From positions 1 to 41,914 of the forward strand of contig JBBTRZ010000001.1 in NCBI GenBank assembly GCA_038064935.1: a stretch of DNA of 41,914 bases, given 5' to 3'. A model generated the notes under the pieces. The model searched no databases. It worked only from the letters and a program-made list of their open reading frames with translations, and was not told where the DNA came from. Shown here piece by piece: positions 35,013 through 41,914 of this stretch. The first letter of the stretch is position 1. Each line of letters begins with the position of its first letter. Source of the DNA: Patescibacteria group bacterium (GTDB taxonomy: Bacteria; Patescibacteriota; Minisyncoccia; Phycocordibacterales; JACOZG01). Both the position numbers and the translations under genes were made by a program.

Positions 35013-37760
35013 ATGCCACCACCATTCAATAATTTCACTTCAAAGGCCAAGGAGGCGATCAGGAAGACGCAGGAATTGGCAATCGAGCGCGGGCAGAGTC
35101 AGGTCAATCCGCTCCATCTCCTCGCCGCTCTGCTTCTTCAGGACGAGAGTATTTTCGCCTCCATTCTCGACAAGATCGAAGTGGATACGGTGATGCTGAC
35201 CGATTATGTGATTGATCATTTAGAAGGGACGGAGGGCGGAGCGGTTATCTCGCCGAGTTACCAACTCTACTTGTCGCCAGAGCTTGTCCGTGTTTTCGAC
35301 TCGGCCGGAAAGATCGCCAATAATTTGCAGGATGAATTTGTCTCGGTTGAGCACTTGGTGCTTGGGCTGCTCGAAGTGCCGAATCAAGCGCATGAATTCT
35401 TGACCCGTTTTCGCGTGACCAAGGATCGGGTTTTGCGCGTGCTTGAGGAATTGCGATCGGGGAAGATTCGCGATGTCGGCGAGATTAAGAAGTTCCGGGC
35501 GATTGAACGCTATACCAAGAATCTGACCGCGCTAGGGCGCCAAGACAAGCTTGATCCGGTGATCGGCCGCGAAGAAGAGATTCAGCGGATCATGGAGATC
35601 CTCTCGCGCCGGACGAAGAATAATCCGATTCTGATTGGCGAGGCGGGGACCGGTAAAACAGCGATTGCCGAAGGACTCGCGATCCGGATTGCCAAGGGCG
35701 ATGTGCCGGAATCACTCCGGCAGAAAGAGATTGTGGCGCTCGACATTGGGCTCCTCGTCGCCGGCACCAAGTATCGCGGCGAATTTGAAGAGCGACTCAA
35801 GAATATTGTGAAAGAAATTGAACGGGCCGAAGGGAAAATTATTCTTTTTGTGGATGAGATTCACACCATCATTGGGGCCGGCGCCGCCGAAGGCGCGATC
35901 GATGCCTCGAATATGCTAAAGCCCTCGCTCGCCCGTGGCGAACTTCGGATGATTGGGGCAACCACCATTCGGGAGTACCAGAAGTATATCGAGAAGGATC
36001 AAGCTTTCACCCGCCGCTTCCAACCGGTCTATGTCGAGGAGCCGAGCATTGAAGATGCGATCGCCATTCTTCGCGGGCTGAAGGATAAATATGAATTCCA
36101 CCACGGGGTGCACATCACTGACGGCGCGATTGTGGCGGCGGTCAACCTCTCGAGCCGTTATATCACCGATCGCTTCCTGCCGGATAAGGCGATTGATTTG
36201 ATTGATGAATCCGCGGCGGCCCTGCGATTGCAACTCGAGAATAAACCACCGGCGCTCGAAGAAGCGCATACGAAAATTATGCGGCTTGAAGTCGAGAAAG
36301 AAGCGCTCAATCAAGAGCTGGCGATCAAAGACGACAAGCGTCTGCGAACTCGGATTAAGGAAATCGAGAAACAAATCTCCGAACTCAAGGACCAGACCGG
36401 CGAACTCGAACTCAAATGGAAGAATGAGAAGCAAGCCATTGCGGAAATTAAGGGGTTGAAAGGGGAACTCGAGACCCTGCGCCTCGAGGCCGAGCAGGCG
36501 GAGATGAAAGCCGATCTCCAGCGGGCCGCCGAGATTCGGTATAGCAAAATTCCCGAGCTCGACCAGCAGTTGAAAGCCAAGATCGAGCGGCTAAAGAAGC
36601 TCCAGTCTTCGCGCCGGATTCTCAAAGAGGCAATTATAGAAGAGGACATCGCCGCCGTCGTTTCTCGTTGGACGCATATTCCAGTCATGAAGATGCTTGA
36701 GGAAGAGGCGGAGAAACTTAGTCGAATGGAAGAGGTGCTCGCGGAGCGCGTGCGCGGTCAGACGGAAGCAATTCGGAAGATTGCCGAGGCAGTCAAACGG
36801 TCGCGGGCGGGGATCAGCGATCCCGATCGGCCGATCGGTTCCTTCATGTTTCTAGGGCCGACGGGGGTAGGCAAAACTGAACTGGCGAAAATTCTCGCCC
36901 TCTTCATGTTTAGCGACGACAAGGCCTTGATTCGCATTGACATGTCGGAGTACATGGAGAAGCACTCGATTTCGAAAATGATCGGCGCGCCGCCCGGCTA
37001 TATCGGCCACGATGAGGGCGGGTCGCTCACTGAACTCGTTCGCCATCGGCCTTACTCTGTCTTGCTCTTCGACGAGATTGAGAAGGCCCACCCGGAAGTC
37101 TTCAACCTCCTTCTTCAGGTGCTCGACAATGGTCGCCTGACCGACGCCAAAGGGCGAATTGCCAATTTCAAAAATTCGATTATCATCCTAACTTCTAATT
37201 TAGGCAGTGAATACATCAATCGGTTGGAGCAGAAAATCGGTTTCAACGGCGGTGAGGAGAAGCGGGAAGTGGCCAACTTCGAGGAGATTAAGGCCAAAAT
37301 TATCGAGAGTCTGAAGAGTCACTTCCGCCCCGAATTCTTAAACCGGCTCGATGATGTTATTATTTTCAACCCGCTGTCGCGAGAAACGATTCAAGAGATT
37401 GTCGGTATCCAGCTCGGGCAAGTGGTCACGCGATTGAAGCAGAAGGAGATTGAACTCATCGTCGCGCCCGAGACGATGGTCTACCTCGCCGATCGCGGTT
37501 TCAGCGCCGAGTACGGCGTCCGGCCGCTTAAGCGTTTGGTCCAGACGAAAATTCTTAATCCGGTTGCCGAGTTTATCATCAGTCGGCGACTCCAGCTGGG
37601 CGGTGTCGTCACGGTGACGATGAAGAGCGGCGAGCCAGTAGTCGAACTCACCAAGTCCAATAATCCGGAGCGCGCGCCGCGCCGAGTAAAAAATAAAGTT
37701 GACGCCGACACCGAAGAAGCGAGAGAAGAGAAAGGCGCCCCCGCCATGGCGGGGAAGTAG
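35013..37760 (+). CDS. clpB: ATP-dependent chaperone ClpB
   Basis: 915 aa. Clp N-domain, two AAA+ modules ([13 protein letters not shown]; [12 protein letters not shown]) and a long middle coiled coil. There is a charged C-terminal tail of about 40 aa. Confidence 0.93.
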   Translation: MPPPFNNFTSKAKEAIRKTQELAIERGQSQVNPLHLLAALLLQDESIFASILDKIEVDTVMLTDYVIDHLEGTEGGAVISPSYQLYLSPELVRVFDSAGKIANNLQDEFVSVEHLVLGLLEVPNQAHEFLTRFRVTKDRVLRVLEELRSGKIRDVGEIKKFRAIERYTKNLTALGRQDKLDPVIGREEEIQRIMEILSRRTKNNPILIGEAGTGKTAIAEGLAIRIAKGDVPESLRQKEIVALDIGLLVAGTKYRGEFEERLKNIVKEIERAEGKIILFVDEIHTIIGAGAAEGAIDASNMLKPSLARGELRMIGATTIREYQKYIEKDQAFTRRFQPVYVEEPSIEDAIAILRGLKDKYEFHHGVHITDGAIVAAVNLSSRYITDRFLPDKAIDLIDESAAALRLQLENKPPALEEAHTKIMRLEVEKEALNQELAIKDDKRLRTRIKEIEKQISELKDQTGELELKWKNEKQAIAEIKGLKGELETLRLEAEQAEMKADLQRAAEIRYSKIPELDQQLKAKIERLKKLQSSRRILKEAIIEEDIAAVVSRWTHIPVMKMLEEEAEKLSRMEEVLAERVRGQTEAIRKIAEAVKRSRAGISDPDRPIGSFMFLGPTGVGKTELAKILALFMFSDDKALIRIDMSEYMEKHSISKMIGAPPGYIGHDEGGSLTELVRHRPYSVLLFDEIEKAHPEVFNLLLQVLDNGRLTDAKGRIANFKNSIIILTSNLGSEYINRLEQKIGFNGGEEKREVANFEEIKAKIIESLKSHFRPEFLNRLDDVIIFNPLSRETIQEIVGIQLGQVVTRLKQKEIELIVAPETMVYLADRGFSAEYGVRPLKRLVQTKILNPVAEFIISRRLQLGGVVTVTMKSGEPVVELTKSNNPERAPRRVKNKVDADTEEAREEKGAPAMAGK

Positions 37761-37803
37761 GCAGGTTGCCGACCGCATTTCGATACGATACTATTGATAA
37801 ATT

Positions 37804-37887
37804 GCGTCGGTGGCAGAGCGGTCAATTGCACTAGACTGTAAATCTAGCGCCCTTCGGGCTACGGAGGTTCGAATCCTCCCCGACGCA
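37804..37887 (+). tRNA. tRNA-Tyr (anticodon GTA), class II with long variable arm
   Basis: Hand fold. Acceptor gcgtcgg/ccgacgc; anticodon arm ctaga-ctGTAaa-tctag; variable arm cgcccttcgggctac; T arm ggagg-ttcgaat-cctcc. CCA is not encoded. Confidence 0.9.
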
Positions 37888-37902
37888 TATGAACGAAGTG
37901 AA

Positions 37903-37980
37903 TGCGGGAGGATTCGAAAAGGTTGAGCCAGCGGGCGAAACCTGTACCGCGCCTGTAAGGCGAGAATCCTCCCCGGCGCA
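37903..37980 (+). ncRNA. tRNA-Tyr-derived structured element (not a canonical tRNA)
   Basis: A 10-bp stem gggaggattc (37906-37915) / gaatcctccc (37964-37973) encloses two hairpins. One is aggtt..aacct (37920-37942). The other is an anticodon-arm-like cgcc-tgtaa-ggcg (37950-37962). The 3' end gaatcctccccggcgca copies the tRNA-Tyr 3' end gaatcctccccgacgca with one mismatch. Confidence 0.35.
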
Positions 37981-38023
37981 TTTGCTAAAACCTATAAGAT
38001 AATATAGATTTAACAGTCTAATC

Positions 38024-38182
38024 ATGTCCCAAGATCAACTCATCAGATTGGTTTGCAAGGTGTGTGAGCGCACCAATTATTGGAGCCGGAAGAACCGGAA
38101 ATTAGTCGAGCGCAAGATTGCGCTCCAGAAGCATTGCCGTTGGTGCAAGAAACATACGCTTCATCAAGAGGGGAAGAAATAG
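38024..38182 (+). CDS. rpmG: 50S ribosomal protein L33 (Zn-ribbon, four-Cys form)
   Basis: It is absent from the ORF track because it is under 60 aa. Hand translation: MSQDQLIRLVCKVCERTNYWSRKNRKLVERKIALQKHCRWCKKHTLHQEGKK. Confidence 0.85.
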   Translation: MSQDQLIRLVCKVCERTNYWSRKNRKLVERKIALQKHCRWCKKHTLHQEGKK

Positions 38183-38186
38183 AGAG

Positions 38187-38258
38187 CGGGCCCACCCCGA
38201 CTCGAACGGGGAACTACGCTTTTGGAGAGCGCTGTTTTACCATTGAAACTATAGGCCC
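38187..38258 (-). tRNA. tRNA-Trp (anticodon CCA)
   Basis: Hand fold of the reverse complement. Acceptor gggccta/tgggccc; D arm gttt-caatggta-aaac; anticodon arm gcgct-ctCCAaa-agcgt; T arm ccccg-ttcgagt-cgggg. 72 nt. Confidence 0.88.
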
Positions 38259-38276
38259 AAGCATATCTATCTTAAC

Positions 38277-39215
38277 TTATTTTTTTAGAAAGTCACGCGT
38301 GAGTTGTGTCGCCTCGCGATAATTTTTTATCCAATGAATCGTCGGATCGCGCCGCCACCAGGTCATTTGCCGTTTGGCGTAATGCCAGATGTCCGTTTCT
38401 AATTTATCAATCAAGTCTGACGGTAATCTGTGCGACACCGAGTGTTGCGCAAAACGGGCAATATGAGCATACTCGAGTCCAAAACTTTCTAGACGCTTCC
38501 ATGAAAGGCCATTTCGATGTAAGTTTTTCACTTCGTTAATTAAACCGGCGCGGAGACGAGTGGTAAGTCGAGCTTTAATTTTCTGCCGTAATTTCTCTGG
38601 GTCAACCTTAATGCCAATCGTCAGCCAGTGCCAAGGACGCGCCTTAGTTTCCAAAGGTGGAACCTCACCGAGCGCCGCGGCAATCTCGATCGCGCGGATG
38701 AGCCGCGGGCGATTTTTCACATCAATATTTTGGAACCTTTCGGGATCGAGAATTTCCAGTTTTTCGCCAAGTTTTTCGGTTGGTAATTTTTCTAACTTGG
38801 CTCGCAGTTTTAAATTAGGAGGAACTGGCGGTAGGGTATAATTTTTAAGCAAGGCCTCAACATAAAAACCAGTGCCGCCGCAGACAATGGGCAATTTACC
38901 TCGTTTAATAATTTGCTCGATTACCCGAGAACCCAATTTCTGATATTGAGCCACGCTAAATTGCCGGCGGGGGGAAGCGACATCGAGGAGATGGTGGGGG
39001 ATGCCTTGGTGCAAATAGCTTCTAGGTTCTAGCTTGTATCTTTTAGATAGTTTGTCACGAAGAACCTTGCCGCTACCGATGTCCAATCCGCGATAAACTT
39101 GCCGCGAGTCAGCGGAGATAATTTCCCCACCAAATTTCTTCGCGAGCCGGACGGCGAGGGCACTCTTCCCGCTCGCCGTCGGCCCGACAATGGCAATTAT
39201 TGGAGACGATGGCAT
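38277..39215 (-). CDS. miaA: tRNA dimethylallyltransferase
   Basis: IIAIVGPTASGKSALAVRLAKKFGGEIISADSRQVYRGLDIGSGK; 312 aa. Confidence 0.92.
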   Translation of the reverse strand: MPSSPIIAIVGPTASGKSALAVRLAKKFGGEIISADSRQVYRGLDIGSGKVLRDKLSKRYKLEPRSYLHQGIPHHLLDVASPRRQFSVAQYQKLGSRVIEQIIKRGKLPIVCGGTGFYVEALLKNYTLPPVPPNLKLRAKLEKLPTEKLGEKLEILDPERFQNIDVKNRPRLIRAIEIAAALGEVPPLETKARPWHWLTIGIKVDPEKLRQKIKARLTTRLRAGLINEVKNLHRNGLSWKRLESFGLEYAHIARFAQHSVSHRLPSDLIDKLETDIWHYAKRQMTWWRRDPTIHWIKNYREATQLTRDFLKK

Positions 39216-39218
39216 AAA

Positions 39219-39755
39219 CTAAACCAATTCCATCGCGATTCTGTGAACTTCGGAATAGAATTTTCCGTAATCACTCCAGCTAAAGAGTCGTTCTTTATCA
39301 CCCCAAAGATCAACCAGATCGTTAGAAAGTTTTTTGTATCGTCTGGCGAGCTCGAAGACCTCCTCTTTTGTCAAATGGGCTAGCCCATCTAAATCGTCCG
39401 AAGCGGTGAGTGTGTCTGGTCGAAGTGCAGTAGTGAGGGCAAATAAAAATGTTTCAAATTTATATTGCTCGTTGGTATTTGACACCTGGACGGTAAATTT
39501 AGCAATTGGTTTAAGGTATTTTTCATCAATCCTTATTTTCAATTCTTCTTCCAATTCTCTTTTGGCGGCGATACCCACCTCTTCTCCTGGATTAATACCA
39601 CCACCAACGAAGCGATATATATACGGCGGGTAAATTTTCTTAGAGCCAAGTATAAATTTATTTTCTGTATCTCTAACCACGATTAACACATGTCTCCCGC
39701 GCTTCATAATTGGCGGGATATGTGTAAATTGGTAGTTGAATGAATATTCAGGCAT
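39219..39755 (-). CDS. NUDIX hydrolase
   Basis: Nudix box GGGINPGEEVGIAAKRELEEELKI. An alternative start is ATG 39707 (MKRGRHVLIVV). Confidence 0.85.
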   Translation of the reverse strand: MPEYSFNYQFTHIPPIMKRGRHVLIVVRDTENKFILGSKKIYPPYIYRFVGGGINPGEEVGIAAKRELEEELKIRIDEKYLKPIAKFTVQVSNTNEQYKFETFLFALTTALRPDTLTASDDLDGLAHLTKEEVFELARRYKKLSNDLVDLWGDKERLFSWSDYGKFYSEVHRIAMELV

Positions 39756-39759
39756 CCGA

Positions 39760-39831
39760 TGCTCTCGGCAGGAATTGAACCTGCATCACCTCCTTCGGAG
39801 GGAGGCATTCTATCCGTTGAACTACGAGAGC
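39760..39831 (-). tRNA. tRNA-Arg (anticodon CCG)
   Basis: Hand fold. Acceptor gctctcg/cgagagc; anticodon arm cctcc-ctCCGaa-ggagg; T arm gcagg-ttcaatt-cctgc. 72 nt. Confidence 0.88.
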
Positions 39832-39836
39832 GTTGA

Positions 39837-39918
39837 TGCCGGAGGAGGGACTCGAACCCTCATCCCTTGCGAGACACGATTTTGAGTCGTGCGCGTATAC
39901 CAATTCCGCCACTCCGGC
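39837..39918 (-). tRNA. tRNA-Leu (anticodon CAA), class II
   Basis: Hand fold. Acceptor gccggag/ctccggc; anticodon arm cacga-ctCAAaa-tcgtg; long variable arm; T arm gaggg-ttcgagt-ccctc. 82 nt. Confidence 0.88.
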
Positions 39919-39964
39919 TTAAACAGCTTTTAGCTTATCGCTTCTAGGCGGCGAAGGCAATTTT

Positions 39965-39973
39965 TGTTATCAT
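39965..39973 (+). promoter_or_regulatory. Candidate extended -10 element (TGtTATCAT) 10 nt upstream of the parB ATG
   Basis: Read directly. No SD lies between it and ATG 39984. Confidence 0.3.
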
Positions 39974-39983
39974 TTAATCCATC

Positions 39984-40931
39984 ATGGCCGACATTCCAAG
40001 TGATTCAATTTTCTGGATCGAGGTGGCGAAGATTAAGCCCAACCCGTTCCAACCGCGGCGGGAATTCAATGAAGATCGTCTGCGTGATCTCGCCGATTCC
40101 ATCCGCCAATATGGCGTACTCCAGCCGCTCGTCCTGACGCGCCAAGAGAATGAGCGCGAGGACGGGAGTATTTATGTCGAATACGAACTGATCGCCGGCG
40201 AGCGGCGCTGGCGCGCGGCGCAGATCGCCGGTCTTGTCCAAGTGCCGTGCGTCATTCGCGCCGGCGACAATGATAAGTTGAAACTCGAGATGGCGATTAT
40301 TGAGAATCTCCAGCGCGAAGATTTGAATCCCGTTGATCGCGCGCTCGCCTTCGAGCGTCTCGCTAAAGAATTCAAATTGAAACACACCGAGATCGCGAAG
40401 AAGGTCGGCAAGAGCCGCGAATATGTGTCGAACACCCTCCGCCTTCTCGCTCTGTCGGAGGAGATGCTCGATGCCATTACGGCGGGGCACATCAACGAGG
40501 GTCACACGCGGCCGCTCCTCATGTTGATTGATCGGCCGGAGGCCCAACAGAGTCTCTTCCGGGAAATTACCGTCAAGCACTTGAATGTCCGCGAGGCCGA
40601 GCAGATTGCCCGACGCATCGCCAACGACCGCGTGCGCAAGAAAGAATATATTCTCGACCCGGCGACGATGGAGCTCGAGCAGAAGCTTGCCGCGACACTC
40701 GGCGCGCGGGTCTCGGTCGAGCAGCGAGAGTCAGGGGGTAAGGTGACGATTGATTTTTTCACCACCGACGATTTGCGTAACTTGCTTGACCGTCTCGCCG
40801 CCGGCGAACTGGGTTCAGCCTTCATTGCGGCTGTTCCAGGTCAAATTGTTTCTCCCGAACCAGCCGCCGAAATTATTCTCGATCCTGAATCGGAATCCGA
40901 TCTCTACAACATCAAAAATTTTACGGTTTGA
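39984..40931 (+). CDS. parB: ParB/Spo0J chromosome partitioning protein
   Basis: ParB N-domain with the GERRWRAA box, HTH region (TEIAKKVGKSREYVSNTLRLLAL), GHTRPLL, and a C-terminal dimerisation region. Confidence 0.9.
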   Translation: MADIPSDSIFWIEVAKIKPNPFQPRREFNEDRLRDLADSIRQYGVLQPLVLTRQENEREDGSIYVEYELIAGERRWRAAQIAGLVQVPCVIRAGDNDKLKLEMAIIENLQREDLNPVDRALAFERLAKEFKLKHTEIAKKVGKSREYVSNTLRLLALSEEMLDAITAGHINEGHTRPLLMLIDRPEAQQSLFREITVKHLNVREAEQIARRIANDRVRKKEYILDPATMELEQKLAATLGARVSVEQRESGGKVTIDFFTTDDLRNLLDRLAAGELGSAFIAAVPGQIVSPEPAAEIILDPESESDLYNIKNFTV

Positions 40932-41740
40932 TGATAAAAGATATGGATGAGACGCCTAAGGGCAAAAGATTCCGGCTTTATATTGATGAGTCCGGAACTC
41001 ACAACTACCCGACACACGACGACATAAAAAGTCGTTACCTTGGCCTAACTGGGATAATTATAAGTGAGGAAGCTAATGTCGGCATCTTGCAGCCCAGATT
41101 ACTGGAACTAAAGAGAATTGTGGCGAACGACCCAGATGAATTGCCCGTTTTGCATAGAGAAGACATTGTGAATAAAAGGGGTGTTTTTGCAAAATTAAGC
41201 GATGGGGGAACAGAGAAAAAGTTTAACGAGATTTTTTTGGGTTTATTAAAAAATCTGGATTATGCCGTGCTGGCAGTGGTTTTAGATAAAAAGGCGCATT
41301 TAGAAAAGTACCAGAAGGCCGCTTATCACCCCTACCACTATTGCACCAATGTTTTATTGGAGCGCTATGTATTCTATCTTCAAGAAATTGGCGGCCGAGG
41401 CGATGTACTCGCGGAAGCAAGAGGAAAGAAGGAAGACCAAGCTCTCAAAGAGGAATATCGATTTTTTTATGAAAACGGGACTAATTTTTGCAAGGCCGAA
41501 GTTGTACAGAGATTTCTGACTTCAAAAGAGATAAAAATTAAGCCGAAGAGCAGAATGTTTACTGGTTTAGAGTTTGCGGATTTATTATCTCTGGCAACCA
41601 AGTTGGACACATTACTTTCCCACAATATCTTGCCAAGTTTAACTGACAATTTTTGTAAGATAATAATCCAAAATATACAAAACAAATATCGCTCATCCAA
41701 AGGGAAAACTATTGGTTTTGGGAAAAAGCTAATTATTTGA
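40931..41740 (+). CDS. DUF3800-family protein
   Basis: The ORF opens at TTG 40928. ATG 40931 shares one base with the parB stop (TGATG). The N-terminal FRLYIDESGTH motif is characteristic of DUF3800. Confidence 0.6.
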   Translation: MIKDMDETPKGKRFRLYIDESGTHNYPTHDDIKSRYLGLTGIIISEEANVGILQPRLLELKRIVANDPDELPVLHREDIVNKRGVFAKLSDGGTEKKFNEIFLGLLKNLDYAVLAVVLDKKAHLEKYQKAAYHPYHYCTNVLLERYVFYLQEIGGRGDVLAEARGKKEDQALKEEYRFFYENGTNFCKAEVVQRFLTSKEIKIKPKSRMFTGLEFADLLSLATKLDTLLSHNILPSLTDNFCKIIIQNIQNKYRSSKGKTIGFGKKLII

Positions 41741-41749
41741 AATAGAAAA

Positions 41750-41765
41750 GCCAGCTTGCGCTGGC
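41750..41765 (-). terminator. Short GC hairpin with a U-tract on the minus strand only
   Basis: gccagc-ttgc-gctggc. On the minus strand this reads gccagcGCAAgctggc followed by ttttct. That suggests termination of a minus-strand transcript entering from the right edge. Confidence 0.4.
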
Positions 41766-41884
41766 CTTCCTACGATGCCCCAAGGGGGACATCCCCCTCC
41801 GATAAACGGATTACCTATTATGGTACCTGGTGGTGGTGAATTTTGCAATACCCCAGTTCGTAACTCCTCACCACCCCGAGTGAG

Positions 41885-41893
41885 TTATCCACA
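41885..41893 (+). promoter_or_regulatory. Perfect consensus DnaA box TTATCCACA
   Basis: Read directly at 41885-41893, about 18 nt before an ATG at 41911 at the window edge. Confidence 0.5.
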
Positions 41894-41914
41894 AAAAAGC
41901 CGTACAAAATATGG

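Noticed and set aside
37903-37980. A second complete tRNA gene downstream of tRNA-Tyr.
   Set aside because: I could not build a cloverleaf. The acceptor 5' strand and D-arm are missing, the T-arm halves are separated by about 48 nt, and the only 7-bp acceptor-like pairing leaves no T-arm. It is kept as an unexplained structured element instead.
37831-38322. Track ORFs 37831..38025 (-) and 38080..38322 (+).
   Set aside because: They overlap tRNA-Tyr and the tRNA-like element, and rpmG/tRNA-Trp/miaA respectively. The real features there are the RNAs and the 52-aa L33 gene missing from the track.
39919-39983. A parS site upstream of parB.
   Set aside because: I found no match to the tGTTTCACGTGAAACa-type palindrome, or to a cacgtg core, in this intergenic region by eye. 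A computational scan of the whole contig is still needed.
1-41914. Alternative genetic code (UGA as a sense codon, as in some CPR lineages).
   Set aside because: TGA terminates many well-delimited genes exactly at ATGA/GTGA junctions with the next gene (4785, 5774, 8113, 11447, 13769, 22238, 24031). Protein lengths are normal under code 11.
1-41914. CRISPR arrays, rRNA genes, a prophage or an integrative conjugative element.
   Set aside because: I saw no regularly spaced direct repeats, no rRNA-like conserved stretches, and no capsid, terminase, tail or tyrosine/serine integrase genes. The TraD-like ATPase has no T4SS or relaxase neighbours.

Overview
This 41.9-kb window looks like a small-genome, Patescibacteria/CPR-like bacterium; that placement is an inference from gene content and very tight gene packing. 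The genetic code is standard: TGA acts as stop in many ATGA start/stop overlaps. Two GC-rich housekeeping flanks enclose an AT-rich surface-glycan locus of about 27 kb. The left flank (1-3.7 kb) carries greA, lysS and a soluble TraD/VirD4-like ATPase. The right flank (29-41.9 kb) carries an htrA / Fe-Mn SOD / degenerate HtrA-like / clpB stress cluster, tRNA-Tyr, rpmG, tRNA-Trp, miaA, a Nudix gene, tRNA-Arg, tRNA-Leu, parB and a DUF3800 gene. The glycan locus (about 3.7-31.2 kb) is arranged in four alternating strand blocks. It holds at least 12 glycosyltransferases and a GtrA/GT2/GT-C triad. It also holds two methyltransferases, an AsnB-type amidotransferase and a hexapeptide acetyltransferase. 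Two diverged gmd paralogs feed a GDP-fucose branch (gmd-fcl-GT11) and an amino-sugar branch (gmd-cupin-DegT aminotransferase). Export and attachment genes are a Wzm/Wzt ABC exporter and an O-antigen-ligase-like/TPR membrane protein. Two selfish or defence elements sit inside the locus: an AbiEi/AbiEii type IV toxin-antitoxin pair with its own promoter and palindrome, and an IS481-like transposase at a divergent promoter junction. Items the ORF track misses are four tRNAs, rpmG (52 aa), a tRNA-Tyr-derived structured element, several hairpins/terminators, candidate extended -10 promoters that abut start codons, and a consensus DnaA box at the right edge. I saw no CRISPR array, rRNA or prophage. 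All functional calls come from reading motifs in the translations; nothing was searched against a database.
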